Positions 23,551-36,520 of a stretch of 64,000 nucleotides of DNA are shown one piece after another (position 1 is the stretch's first letter; every line of letters begins with the position of its first letter). Under the pieces are notes generated by a model that was not told the DNA's origin, made no database searches, and saw nothing but the letters and a program-made list of their open reading frames with translations. Source of the DNA: Dicyema japonicum (Eukaryota; Animalia; Dicyemida); contig RDEW01000072.1 of NCBI GenBank assembly GCA_011109175.1, positions 62,001-126,000 on the forward strand, written 5' to 3'. The position numbers and the translations under genes are program-made.

Positions 23551-26500
23551 TGTCGTATGTGATAGCGTCCGGGCTGTTGATACTGTCCGGGTTGATAAGA
23601 CAAATTTATCACTTGAAAACATTAACAACCACTAAGTTTTTCTTCAAAAGATCTGTCCCTTGTTCTCTCAAAAAAAAAAATTATAGTTTGAGTCAATAAA
23701 GCGATTAAGCGAGAAAAGGGTCGAAAATAGAAGAAGTCGAAGGATCGGTTTCTTGTTCCTCAAAAACAAAAAAAATTTAGTTTGAGTCAATAAAGCGATT
23801 AAGCGAGAAAAGGGTCGAAAATAGAATAAGTCGAAGGATCGGTCCCTGTTCTCTCAAAAACAAAAATTTTAGTTTGATCATAAAGCGATTAAGCGTGAAA
23901 AGGGTTGAAATAGACTTTTGTAACATTGAAGTTTTAGCATTATTATGTGATTGGGGAATAACGGCGATTCATGGTAAACCAAGACAACCACAATCACAAG
24001 GGCAGGGAACGCTAAAATTAAACGTTACTAATAATTGGATTGAAAACTACTGTTTATAAATATAACATTTCTATGCGTCGTGCTACTGAAAAGTCACCTT
24101 TCTGGTTAGATTTATGAATTTTATTTTTACACTATTATTCGTAACTTCGGGATTCAATACTGTTTCTGTGTGAGATATTAAAGTGATCGAATTACCAGCC
24201 CAAAGAGCTGAACATTTTCAGATGAAATCAATCAAGACAATCTTGAACTTTGCGTGGTATATCAACTCCAACTCTTTGGAAAGAAACTTTTAGTTAGCAT
24301 AAAAAACTTTTTAATTAGCAAAAGAAATGATTTCTACTTTTCAATTTTTCCATTTATATTCTCTTTTCCATTTTGATGGCTCATTTTTTCAGTGAAAAAA
24401 TGAGAAAAATTAGGGTCCAGAGACAATGAAATATAGAAACCGATACAGCATCTTCAACAGAGTCCTAGGCCAATTGCTCAGTGGGTACTTGTCGCCGTCT
24501 TGAATGTATAAAAGCTTTCCTAAACTCAGACTCCGTTATATCTTCATCAAAAACCTTTGAATAATCGATATTTTTCTCTTTGCACCAAGGAGTGGGGACA
24601 AGCTTGGAGTGTTTGTGATGCCTCAGAATCTAAGCAAAATTTGTGAGCACCCATATGTGGAACAAGATATTGGAAGCGATCATCTTCCAAAAACTTTGGA
24701 AATAAGGACAGGGCCTATATCTGCAGAAAGAACTTTTGTTGGCTACAACCTTAATAATGTCAACTGGGTTGATTTCGATTATTTTATACGGGTGAAACTG
24801 GGAAATGTCTGTGATCTATTGATCTTGGACTCCTCAGATATTGATTACTTGGATGACAAAATTAGGACTTTGATATTATGTTATTTGGACGAATATGGAA
24901 GTAAAAAATTCCGTATGCCGCATGGATGCTCATCAATGAGCTTAAAAGAAGATTCCCTCCATCGAGAGAAAAAATCACTTGAAAGTAAACTGAAAAGATG
25001 TTGGAACATTCCCGACTCGGAAAAGCTAAAGGTTCAAATCAGCTTAGTGAAAAATGAATTAATGGAAATATCAAACGAAAACAGGAAAATAAATGGAGAA
25101 GAGAATGCTCAAAGATCAATCAATAGAATGCAGACTTTTGGAAAGTATTCGCGAGATTGAAATCCTCTGATGACAAATGTGATGAAATACACCTAAAATC
25201 ATCCAATGGTTGTTGTATTTCAAAGGGGGAAATCCCAGAAATTCTACGGCAACAGTTAGCAAAAATTCAAGAAGTAGATCCTGCTTCCATTATTCCATGT
25301 GAATTTCGAAGCAATAATCGTCACTATGATAGGATGGTGTCAATGAAGGGTCCTATGTGTACTCCTATTTCCCCTGAAGAAGTAAAAATTGCGATTTGTA
25401 GCTGCAAGAACAAAACCCCTGGATGGGATTTTATCCCAATGAAAATATTCAAGAATGCAAATGCTATGTTAATTGATGCATTAAATGCTTATGATGCATT
25501 AACCATGCTTTATATGCCTCGTGGCAACGTGGAAACTTGCTCACGTTCCATCGACCTGGAAAAAGTCGATTGTTCGGATGATTGGAAAGAAAGGAAAATC
25601 AAGATCTAATCCAGAAAATTATAGACCAATTAGTCTTATTTGTTCAACTTCAAAAATTATGGAGAAAATTGTCTTCAATAGATTATCAAAAGTGGTTGAT
25701 GAAAACAATTTTCTTGCAAACAATCAGTGGGGGTTCCGTAAAAATAGAGGAACTGAAGACTGCATCCGGAACTTAGGAAGTCAATTCAAGAATCTATAAG
25801 TAAGAAAGAATACCTTACTGCAACGTGTTTGGACATATCCAAGGCTTTTGACAGTGTCTGGCATAAGGACTTCTCGAGACATTGTCAAAGGCGAACATTG
25901 GAAAGTCGGCGCTCATGTGGATTAGAGACTTCCTTATGGGAAGGGAGTCTTATATTCGTGTGGGAAATATGCTCTCTAAAAAGATAAAACTAAGTAGAGG
26001 TGTTCCACAAGGTTCAATTTTGAGTCCCCTCCTCTTCAACTGTATAATGAGCGAGGTGCCAAAACCGGAACACATCAATACCAAAATGATAATTTATGCA
26101 GACGACATTCTAATTTTGGACACTAGTATAAATAAATCAATATCATGGAAAAGATTAGCTCATATGTCGAAAATCGAAGATTGGTGTCGGAATAATGGAT
26201 TGACATTATCAAGAGAAAAAAGTTCTGTAACCTGGATAGCGAGAAATAGGAAGAATCAATATGTTGATACAGGGAATGTTAAGTTCTCGGAAAACCTGAT
26301 ATACCTTGGAGTATGCATTAACAAAAAAGGATCGTTTAAAGAGCACATCAAAATACGAAGAGAGAAAGCTACGGGAATGCTCAAGTCCCTACTCCGCTTT
26401 CATTTGTCTCCAGATACTTTTATGTTTGTCTACAAAACGTGTATTGAACCTTTCCTAATATATGGATATCAAGGTTGGTTTAAAACAGAGGAGGAATCAG

Positions 26501-27009
26501 TCCTACTAACTAAATTAGAAAAGACAAGAAGGTATGCAATTAAACTCGCACATGGATTGGATTTAGCATCTGAAATTGATGACTAATACGAAAGAAAAAC
26601 GAGAAGAATCGGTGATTTATTACATTGCTTGTGGAAACTCGCATTGTAATTGGGGCTTTTTACGGAGAAGAGACATACGGTGTCTCATGAGAGTGCCCCG
26701 ATAAAGACGACCCCAAATCTTGGCTTTCCTCTTTAGTTAATGGCTCTTACCTTGTTTAGTTAGTTGGGATTTTGCTAATAAATTATGTTATCTATCTATA
26801 TCGATTTGCTATAATCTCGGTTCTTTTCCTTGGGGATTTAACATCTCTACTTTACTCCGGATTTTACTTTTCTATTTTCCTTGGGATTTAACTTCTCTTT
26901 ATTTTGTTTCTCTTGAGACAAAACTTAGTGGTTGTTAATGTTTTCAAGTGATAAATTTGTCCTTTTAACCCTGACAGTATCAACGCCCGCGTTCTTATGA
27001 CATACGACA
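23551..27009 (+). mobile_element. Ginger-like (TGT..ACA) non-autonomous DNA transposon with integrase remnant
   Basis: Long imperfect TIRs starting tgtcgtatgt and ending acatacgaca (about 23551-23640 and 26925-27009); ~93-bp subterminal repeats at 23686, 23780 and 23872; WGITAIHGKPRQPQSQG, a KRBA2/Ginger-type integrase motif, near 23950-24000. Confidence 0.75.
24470..26770 (+). mobile_element. Decayed APE-RT LINE nested inside the Ginger-like element
   Basis: GSDHLP, NPENYRPISL, NQWGFR, DISKAFDSVWH, GVPQGSILSPLLFN, IYADD and IYLGV; (ttag) tail near 26755. Confidence 0.9.
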
Positions 27010-27328
27010 TTTATTAACCCCGGATACACCGAGAAAGAAGTTAAAGTAAACATCTAATTAAGTGAATCCATTTTCAATTCTACAGAAACAGAGTCCATCC
27101 GGAATCAGCATAAAGGGAAAGACGTCCATTAGTTGAGTTGTGGAAACCTCCAGTGGAGTGAGAGCAAATGATCCTTTTTCGTGCCGGCCTAGCACTAGGC
27201 CGTCACCTAGACAGCGTGGATCACTGACGCCACTCTATTAGGAAGAGAGAGGAGGAACAGACAAGCAAGCAGAAAAATTAAACCAATTAACCACGCAGCA
27301 CCACATGGCGCCCACGCGGCAAAATCTT
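27010..27328 (-). mobile_element. SINE, same family as 15040-15361
   Basis: Alignable throughout with the 15040 copy; 12-bp TSD agtaatttgatt at 23529-23540 and 27330-27341 brackets the SINE plus the Ginger-like element. Confidence 0.85.
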
Positions 27329-27341
27329 AAGTAATTTGATT

Positions 27342-27560
27342 GATATCTTGAGGCGGATTATCTTTCGTAATATATTTATTGCAGAATTTAGTCCCGACAA
27401 AACATTAACTCTGACATACTTTCTCTGAATTTTTGGGTGTTGGTTTCGAGTATCCCTCAAAATTGACTTAATTTTCTCAATTTGTACTTTTAGTTCCTCA
27501 AGGCAATTTCTGAAGGTAGAAATTTCCACATTAGTATTAATTGCACTTTGAAACATTCGC
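27342..27560 (-). pseudogene. 5' continuation of the 20.9-23.5 kb Dong element
   Basis: Joining across the TSD reads PPQDINQITDILYAAQ, a Dong N-terminal-type motif. Confidence 0.6.
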
Positions 27561-28231
27561 CTCCATTTACATTGTTATTCCGATTTTCAGGTTTCAGCAT
27601 CTTTTTTAGCTGACATAGACTGGAACTCTTGAAGTACTTTTCATTGAACTTTTTAAGTACGAGGTTCAGCCACCTCTAGGTATCCTTCCAAATCTTTGTT
27701 TCGTGGCAAGAAAATCTGAGATACCACTCAGCTTCAGAGACACAGTGGACCTCTTCAATAATGGCAGATAGTGAATACAAGTTGGTTTTGGCACCAATAT
27801 TCCCAAACGATGTTGATATTAGTTCTTGTGACATTATCCAGCCCCACAGACGACGGTCCTGCTTCTACTATACTATCTTCTTTATTTGATTTTGCAAATA
27901 TTACATATCCTGGCCTAAGAAATTAACTCTTTACGAAGCTGGCGACTTTTTGGCCGTAATCTCCCTATGGAATATGGTGACACCATGTAACCTCATTATA
28001 AATGATTTTTTCAATCAAAATGTAACTGGGGGCTTTCATGGACGTCAGAGAACTACGCTTCCTCTCTATCTTGGTCAAGATTATGCTTATATTGATAGGA
28101 CATTGATAACAGTGATGAACTTCGAAAGTGATCATTGATAACAGTGATGAACTTCGAAAGTGATCACGGAGTTGCATGTTGAAAATTTAAGTAAAGAGAA
28201 GGGCACAAACAAAACCATAGATATTTATCTA

Positions 28232-31200
28232 CAGTACCGGTCAATGAAAATTGCTCATCAATATTTTCATGCTTTTTATTTGAAAATTAATAAAATTAAA
28301 TCTTTGAGCTCATTTTTAGTCTAATTTATTAATTTTATTTTTTTTAACTTAAATATTCGCTTTATTTAACTAACTTAAAGCAAAATTAAAAATTACTCGA
28401 CAAAATAAATTGCTCAAAATTAGAAATTAACTAAGAATCCATATTTAATACGGTATATGTCCTCCTTTAGCCTTTCTTTCATTGACATGACTAATTTTTA
28501 CAAAATTTGGTGGAATTGATTCCCATATTTCTTTGAGCTTTATTTTTAGTTCTGATATATTTTCGGGTGATTTTTACCCAATTGATTCTTCATAAAGGCC
28601 CATACATGCTCTATGGGTTGAGATTTAATGATTGTTACGGCCAATCGAGAATTTGATATTTTTCTCTTTCAAAAAATTCTTTGACTATGCGAGATGTATG
28701 GCATGGAGCGTTGTCTTGCTGAAAAATAATGATTTTAGGCCCATTTTTTCTACAGATTGTTGCAGATTTATTGGCTAATAAATTAATATAACATGCACTA
28801 TTCATGTTTTTGATCTACAAAAACAATATTGCCGACACCGTTATATGATATACACCCCAAATCATAACTCGGCATCCTCCAAACTTACAGTGAGAAGTAA
28901 ATTGACATTTGAAAGGCTGTATTTTTTCTATAAATAAGTTGATGTTTGATGTTAGAAAAAACATTGAAAACATATTCATCGGAAAATATTACCGATTTTC
29001 ATGTTCTCATCCGAAAGGGAAATAAATTTTGTTTGAAATACCAATCTCAATCAATATTTTTTTGGGATATAAATGGCTTTCTTTTAGCATGTCTACAGTA
29101 TAATCCATTTCGATTTAATATTCTGGTAATTGTCCGTGAGGAAACGGTAATATTAAATTTTTCCTTAGTTATTGTGGATTATTCTTGCGCCAACAACGTC
29201 GTTGACTTTTGGATTCAGTATATAAAAATTCAGCATCTATTAAATTTAATTTCGGTAAACGTCCTGATCCAGACTAACGAGAAATTGATCCAAATTTACG
29301 ATATTTCCTGATGTTAAGTTGAAAATGATAAATTGAGAATGCGGGAAATTTCTCTGATGGTTTTTCTATCATTAAAATGGCCTATCATCCCTTTTACAAA
29401 ATCTGATAAATGTTTTTTCCTGGAACCGCACATAACCTCCATTTTGAATTCACGACCAAAACTGAGCAATTTTTGTGTCACGCTATTTTTTTAATTTTGC
29501 TTTAAATTCGTTAACTTTTTTTTTTACTTTGTACTATTATTAAACAATAGAAGTCAGGTAGTTGCCGCCCTCACTGCGTGGCTGTTCCTCTCAAAATGCG
29601 AGCGAGATTCGCTCAAATAGCCAGCGGCGGGTTCGTTAACTAAAGCGAATATTTAATTTTAAAAAAATAAAATTAATAAGTTAGTTTAAAAATGAGATTA
29701 AAGATTTTAATTTTTAAATAAAAGCATGAAAATATTGATGAGCAATTTTCATGCATTTCAACGTTGAAAAATCTACTGTTATGTGGGGATCTTAATGCAC
29801 GACATCCCGTTTGGCTCACTTCCCAATCCTCTGATAACCGAGGAGAACTCATTGCAAATTATTTTCCTGACCTGATTATACTGAACAACCCTAACTCACA
29901 TACGAGGACCCCATTAAGGATAACTGATAGCTGCACATCCCCCGACTTAACATTATGCTCACCTTCTCTGGCTGGACTCATTTCCTGGAACGTCTTTTAC
30001 GGCTTCCCAGTGACCACAATCCAATCCTTCTAAAATTGAGAGGTCTTCGACGATACAGGAGACGGTCGGCGGAATCAAAAAGATTCAAGGATTATACGAA
30101 GGTTGACTGGTCTGGTTTCAGTAACCTTGTGGATAAATTCTTGGCCGGGAGATTATCCTTCCCAATACGCTCTATTGACGAGGCCGCAGAAATTATCAGC
30201 GCTGCCATTCAGAAAGCTGACCATATTTTTATTCCTATATCGTCATACAAGAAGTTTATTCCTACCCTCAGCTCTTATACAATAAGTCTTATAAAACAAA
30301 GAGACCGGCTGAAGAGATGCCATCTGTTGGACATGAAGTCTTTGACAGCCCTCAGACAACTGAATAAAAGAATCTGTCAGAGCATAAAAGAACACAAGGA
30401 CAAGAGATGGCAGCATCTAGTTAACCACCTCGACAGGAAAAGTACATCCCGACACTTCTGGAAAACTCTTAAACAAGTCAAGTCGGAGCTGGATGATGCA
30501 GACGGAACCGGAAAGTCTTCTCCTGAACACTTATGCCACCTACATCCTAACATCCTTATGAAACATTACGCTGGAATTAGCTTCAAACCATTCTCGAAAC
30601 ACCTGGACATTAAGGTGCGTGCCCATAAACCGAAGAAGGAACCTTATCACGAACTATTCACAGATGACCAAGTCTTGGATGTGATCACCAGATTAAAGAG
30701 CTCACGGGCGTGCGGGCCTGACAAAGTATCTTCTATTCACCTAAAACACCTAAGCCACTACGCAATTGGCTACCTCACGCATATATACAATCTGTCCATT
30801 AACTATAATATTATTCCTAAGATTTGGAAGAATTCTATCATCAGACCGATATTGAAGGCTGGGAAACCAGAGACAGAACCTGCATCCTACAGGCCTATTT
30901 CCGTTACCAGCACACTGTCAAAAATTATGGAGAAACTTGTATTATCAGTCATTATTCCGTATCTTCCGCGTCCTATATTTCAACATGGTTTCCTCCGCGG
31001 TAGGTCCACCGCTACATACTTGGCAACTTTATCGCAGTTCATTGCCGACGGTTTTAACACCCATCCTCCGCCTCACAAACGCACAATCTTGGTTTCTATT
31101 GACATCAACAAAGCCTTTGACACTGTTTCGAGGAAAATCTTGGTTGGAAAAATTTTTCTACTAATATTCGTCCGAATGTGAAATTATGGCTGGCCAACTT

Positions 31201-32210
31201 TTTGTCTGGAAGACGTGGAAGAGTAGTCAGTGGTGATCTCAGATCTAGATCACGATTACTACCGAACGGGGTACCCCAGGGGTCTCCACTTTCACCAATT
31301 CTATTCAACCTTTTCCTACACGACCTACCTAATGATGGAGACGAAGATTCCCTGTTATTATCCTACGCAGACGACGTAGTCATTGCAATACGGAACCGCT
31401 CGACGCAAGTCGCATCCCTTAAAACTCAGACAAAATTGAACATTCTCCACGATTGGATTGCTGGCAATCGACTAACGATTTCTGCAACCAAGTCTATCTG
31501 TTCCACATTCACGTCGGACCGTCGTTCCAAGGATGAACCGAAGTCTTTTCATTGGTCCCACTAGGATTCCAGTGACAAAGTCCCCCATTGTCCTTGGAGT
31601 CAAGTACGACAGCCTTCTCAAATTCAACTCCCACGCAACAGACATGATCACCAGGGGCCTCCAGAAAGTTAACGTTATACGCGCCCTTGTTCGGAGGACC
31701 ACGAGGAACATGGACTTTTCCGTTTCTACACTCTACCTACAAACAATCCGCCTGCCATTGAGTATGCTCCGTTGCATGGAGATTCGGGCTATCGGAGTTT
31801 TTGGTCCAAAGAATCAACTCGATATACCGGAAAACAATCAGTATGCTTTACATACGTAATGGATCAACAGTCGACCCACTACTCATGGAAGTTAAGATCC
31901 GTAGTCGTGGCTCCGGATTTCTTCGCCTCTGTGAGGAAGATGGAAATCCGCTTCGCGTAATCCATCCCATGGCAAGAGAAAACCGATTGGATAAGAAATT
32001 CCCCTCCCCGATCGGATTCCTCTGCAAGACCGAGAGAAGGCTCTTCCGGAAAGTAGTGGGGACGATGGAGGATCACAGACGTCGAATGGCACAAGTGATT
32101 GCGAGGACTGGGATCACCTAACTGTCTGACTCTTTTGTCTTTCTTTCTCGGTGTTCCCGGGGTTATTAAAATAAAATAAATAAATGAGCAATTTTCATTG
32201 ACCGGTACTG
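28232..32210 (-). mobile_element. Tc1-like DD34E DNA transposon (decayed) with a LINE inserted in one TIR
   Basis: TA-flanked TIR cagtaccggtcaatgaaaattgctcatc. Transposase remnants VIFSDE, VMIWG and FQQDNAPCHTS..W..QS..NPIEHVW, with 34 codons between D and E. Confidence 0.92.
29753..32183 (+). mobile_element. 5'-truncated APE-RT LINE with 15-bp TSD
   Basis: TSD atgagcaattttcat (29738-29752, 32184-32198); GDLNA, SDHNP, SYRPISV, DINKAFDTV, GVPQGSPLSP and SYADD; (taaaa)n tail; 408-aa open stretch at 29955-31181. Confidence 0.95.
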
Positions 32211-32399
32211 TAGCAGCGCAAGTGATCTTAACTAACTATCTTTTTTTCAACCATATAAATTTATTGACAAAAAGAAACGGGTGCTCTCAGAATTGAGAAG
32301 AATCTCCCCTGACCATTTTCTAGGAAATGCGCTCGAGCTCCTTTATTTTTTATCATTTTTCCAAAATTAAAAATCAAAATATTTGGCTAAAAATAGAGA

Positions 32400-32820
32400 C
32401 TAGTCAATCATCGCCCTTCTTCTATCAAACTGAACCTTAGAAGAACTAGGCTTTGTTTGGGCGGAAATCTGCGACAAAAGTTGCTTGAAGTCATCATCTG
32501 TAAGTTTTGTGCGAATTCTGTTCTGTTGGCACAGCTGGACAAGGAAATTTTCGATTCGCTCTCCACGTTCTGAATCAGCCGAAGAAATGGTGTTCACTAA
32601 AGGTAAATCAAGAGATACATCGAGCACGTGCATTCTGGTCGAGTATTTGAGCAAGGATCGAATGCTTCATTTCTGCCTCCTTCTGTTTTCTGTTTTGCAA
32701 TTCTTCTGCTGAAGGCTCAATGGTTTTGTTATTTCCATACTGTTTGGAGTTAAGAATTTCTAAAACCTGGGACTTAAGCTCGGCTAATCGTCGTTTCCTG
32801 ATTTCTTCAAGTTCGTCCAT
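32400..32820 (-). CDS. PDCD5: Programmed cell death protein 5 homologue
   Basis: MDELEEIRKRRLAELK..EMKHSILAQILDQNARARL..IENFLVQL..FKQLLSQIS..KVQFDRRRAM. A 22-nt intron (32597-32618) restores ARARLNTI; a probable in-frame 27-nt intron at 32740-32766. Confidence 0.92.
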
Positions 32821-32959
32821 TTTTAAAGAACTGGCACACAAGAAAAAATATATGGTAATAATTATTAACTATTTAATTTTAATTAATAGTGATCAAACTT
32901 TTATAAATTAAGCGATTTCGAGAGATTTTCTAACATCAATTAAAAATCATCGTTCCTAC

Positions 32960-33300
32960 CATTGAATACGCCTGCTCCGCCTGGAGGTTTGCGATTCCCC
33001 CTTCGAGAGTGGACCGTTTGAACTCCCTCAGGCGGAGAATTATGCACCACACGGACATCCCCTTTGGCGACTTCGTTTCTGATGAGGCGGCGTTGAAAAA
33101 TGGCTAGGGTTTCCTACGTTCCCACTCAAGGAAATGGTGGCCCATGCAGAGGAATTCAATCGGTAATAAAAAAGTGCACGCCGATTGAATTCCTTTGCAG
33201 ATGGAGAAGAAGACGCTTCTGGAGTGTGGTTGGATCATCAGAAATCCAAATGAAGAGAGTTTGGATGTTGTTGGAGGCTGGGATCACCTAATTAGTTAGT
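32960..33300 (+). mobile_element. LINE 3' end fragment
   Basis: PIEFLCRWRRRRFW..AGIT* parallels PIGFLCKTERRLF..TGIT* of the 29.8-32.2 kb LINE; ttagttag tail. Confidence 0.7.
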
Positions 33301-33322
33301 TTTGACCTATCTTTCCTGGTGG

Positions 33323-33968
33323 NNNNNNNNNNNNNNNNNNNNNNNNNNNNNNNNNNNNNNNNNNNNNNNNNNNNNNNNNNNNNNNNNNNNNNNNNNNNNN
33401 NNNNNNNNNNNNNNNNNNNNNNNNNNNNNNNNNNNNNNNNNNNNNNNNNNNNNNNNNNNNNNNNNNNNNNNNNNNNNNNNNNNNNNNNNNNNNNNNNNNN
33501 NNNNNNNNNNNNNNNNNNNNNNNNNNNNNNNNNNNNNNNNNNNNNNNNNNNNNNNNNNNNNNNNNNNNNNNNNNNNNNNNNNNNNNNNNNNNNNNNNNNN
33601 NNNNNNNNNNNNNNNNNNNNNNNNNNNNNNNNNNNNNNNNNNNNNNNNNNNNNNNNNNNNNNNNNNNNNNNNNNNNNNNNNNNNNNNNNNNNNNNNNNNN
33701 NNNNNNNNNNNNNNNNNNNNNNNNNNNNNNNNNNNNNNNNNNNNNNNNNNNNNNNNNNNNNNNNNNNNNNNNNNNNNNNNNNNNNNNNNNNNNNNNNNNN
33801 NNNNNNNNNNNNNNNNNNNNNNNNNNNNNNNNNNNNNNNNNNNNNNNNNNNNNNNNNNNNNNNNNNNNNNNNNNNNNNNNNNNNNNNNNNNNNNNNNNNN
33901 NNNNNNNNNNNNNNNNNNNNNNNNNNNNNNNNNNNNNNNNNNNNNNNNNNNNNNNNNNNNNNNNNNNN
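33323..33968. other. Assembly gap (646 N)
   Basis: Continuous run of N. Confidence 1.
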
Positions 33969-34037
33969 TGCTTACTCTCATTATAAATGAAGATCCTTAA
34001 AAACCACGTGCCTATTAGATAACATTATCACCTCTCT

Positions 34038-34368
34038 AGCCGGGTGGCTTAGTGGTTAGGTGTCGGGCTTTAGTGGCTTAGGCTACGGGTTCGAATCTCG
34101 CTGCTGTTCAACTGGTGGAAGGTTCCACGCATCTACGATGCAGAAATGGTTTGACGAGTGACGCCGTCATCAGTGAATACTCACTGCGGAACTGGATTTG
34201 TCTAGAAAGGACACTCACACAAGAAAAAGAAAAAAAAGAAGTGAAGATCATTCCTTGGTTCTACGATTAGTTAAAATTAACTGTTCTTTACTTAAATAAA
34301 GTGTGTTTCCTGCCTATGCGGAGCTATAAAATACTATGGCTCTCGTGAAAAGGCTTTATTATTATTAT
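34038..34368 (+). mobile_element. tRNA-derived SINE with 13-bp TSD
   Basis: A-box TGGCTTAGTGG, B-box GGTTCGAATC, (tta)n tail, TSD ttatcacctctct (34025-34037, 34369-34381). Confidence 0.92.
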
Positions 34369-35099
34369 TTATCACCTCTCTGTCTCTCAATGATGATATC
34401 TTGGAGGTCTCATATACAAAATCATCTGTTACCCTCTTTACATCTTCAGAAACATTATACAAGGAGGCCTAAGAACAAGATTAACTAGTTGACAAGCCCT
34501 TTTACGGCTACATCAAACATCCAGGAGTGGCGTTTGACCTAGCGAGGACTTACATTCGCAAAACATGTTAAGAATCGGGAGACTTTAGTAATTATGAAAA
34601 TGAGGATTCTGAAGAAAATCTCAAACCCCTCGGAAAAAGTGCCTCTCCGCTCCGATCTACTGAAACTGTCCGCAATCTAAAAATTTGCCAAATGAGCCAT
34701 TGGGTGCTTTGGAAGCAGTTTTAGAGCAGCTACTCTGTCTAATAGCATCCTCTATGAAGCCATGAACAAATACCTTAAAAACTGTCCTAGAAACGAGATA
34801 ACCACATTTCTTTTCTAGAGAGCCATTCAGGATTCTCATCCACGTTGGATATAATCACCCAATGTCGATCTGTGGTCACTGATAGCTGGAAACTTTCTCT
34901 TGGAGTAGTAATGATATTATCTCACTCTTGATACAAACAATAGGCATGTGTAAGTAGAATCGTCTTGTTGGATGTCTATAATAAGGGCACTTTTGCAACA
35001 TCTGTTGGAAACGACACAATAATCTCATCAAAAGATAAATGCAGCGTTTTTCACAGTCCACAATCTTAATATAATAAGGGTGATAGGTTAATAAAAATT

Positions 35100-35410
35100 T
35101 TTACTCTAATTATTACACGAGAATGGACTCCAACCTCAGCACTAAACTGTCGGAGTGATCGATGTGAAGGAATTTCTCCTATTCTGTCAAGAAACAGTGG
35201 ATTCACTAAATTTCTCCGATTTACGATCTGAAGTAATGAGTTTTTTCATAAACATCCGTCCCTCGTAGACACGAGTCCAGACACTTCAAGACGTGGTGAA
35301 ATCCCTCGGTGAGCACAGGATGAAAATGACAAAAACGATAAGGACTGAATTGCCTAATTAGTTCGGTTACTATTATTTTCTTTCTCAGTGATTCCTGGGG
35401 TTAAAAATAA
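35100..35410 (+). mobile_element. LINE 3' end fragment
   Basis: Ends tctttctcagtgattcctggggttaaaaataaaa, matching the 3' end at 32141-32180. Confidence 0.65.
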
Positions 35411-35984
35411 AATTTTACTTTAATCGGCCATTAAGAATTCGCTCAATCATATACGTGAAACCTCAGTAAACTAAAACCTATCCCCAGACATCCTTCCATA
35501 TCATCAGATGGTGAGAATAGGTCTCTAAACCCGGTAAACCGGAGGCTAAAGTCTTCCCACGTCTCGGTCTTAATTTTTAATTTAGAGAAACTTCACTACT
35601 GTTGATTTACCTTATTCTGCCAGTTCAGTCTTCAAGCACGATTATAGACCTGGCAGATCAACTAGATGGATTTAAACCTCATTTTATTTTAGTCTCCAAT
35701 AACACAAACGTGCATTTTTTGGCTTCCATCAAGATACACAGGATATTAGCTTTCGTTTCTAAAGCTAGGGAAAGAAGAACGTTTACCTTAACTCAAATAT
35801 AGTTAAAGCACGTGACTTTAAATGTCATCTAAAGGTCTTGTAAAAATGTATGCAAAGCCTTTGATGTTTATAACATCAAGTCTTACTAAAAAAACTTTGT
35901 TTAGCCACAACAACAGAATGTAAACGTAGTACTTTTATTTAAAATTTAAGTCATTTTATTAATAAAAAATTAAATTATTTATTT

Positions 35985-36520
35985 ATTTGAAACCAAGAAT
36001 CACCAACAAAATAAAAGGACCGACTGGAGATCCCGGCCGCCTTAAGCAGCCTCTCATCCTTTCTTATTGTTCCTTCAGAAAGCCAACACACTTCCTGTAT
36101 GGGTGAATCACTTTTCGGAAATTTTGAGGTTTCAACGGGGATCCCGTTCTTCTTACGAGTTCTTCAAACGGGGTTATCTTTAGTGGCGAGGAGAACCTTT
36201 GGAGGGCCTTCGTTACTACTTTTTGGAAGGAGTTTAGATTTTTAGGTTGGCATAGGATAGGTTAGTCCCCCATGCCGCACAGCAGTAGCCGATTGATAGT
36301 AGTATATTTTGGGTGTAAAGATGTTTTAGTGTTAATTGAAAATTCTTTTGAAGTATCCAAGTAGCGTTTTTTACAGTTTAGGTTTGCCGGGAAAAGAAGA
36401 TGACGTATTTGCTGAAGGTCATAAGGGGATCATCTGTGATCACAGTATTTTGATTGAGTTTGTGTAGGGGAATGATAATCCATTTAGAGAAAAAAACGTG
36501 CCGAGTTTGTCAGTCTTCTA
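35985..36520 (-). mobile_element. LINE thumb and 3' fragment related to the 1-4 kb tandem unit
   Basis: gctgaaggtca..cacagtattttgattgagttt resembles 1428-1480; A/T tail near 35985; similar 3' end at 46470-46540. Confidence 0.6.

Noticed and set aside
28101-28164. 32-bp perfect tandem duplication
   Set aside because: Two copies only; ordinary slippage or assembly duplication. The ~33-bp direct repeat near 14070-14160 is similar.
33302-34000. Three ~225-aa ORFs in the track
   Set aside because: Artefacts of translating the N gap.
34038-34105. tRNA gene (also 13533 and 48240-48311)
   Set aside because: A/B boxes are present, but no convincing cloverleaf; each continues into a SINE body, and the 34038 copy has a tail and TSD.
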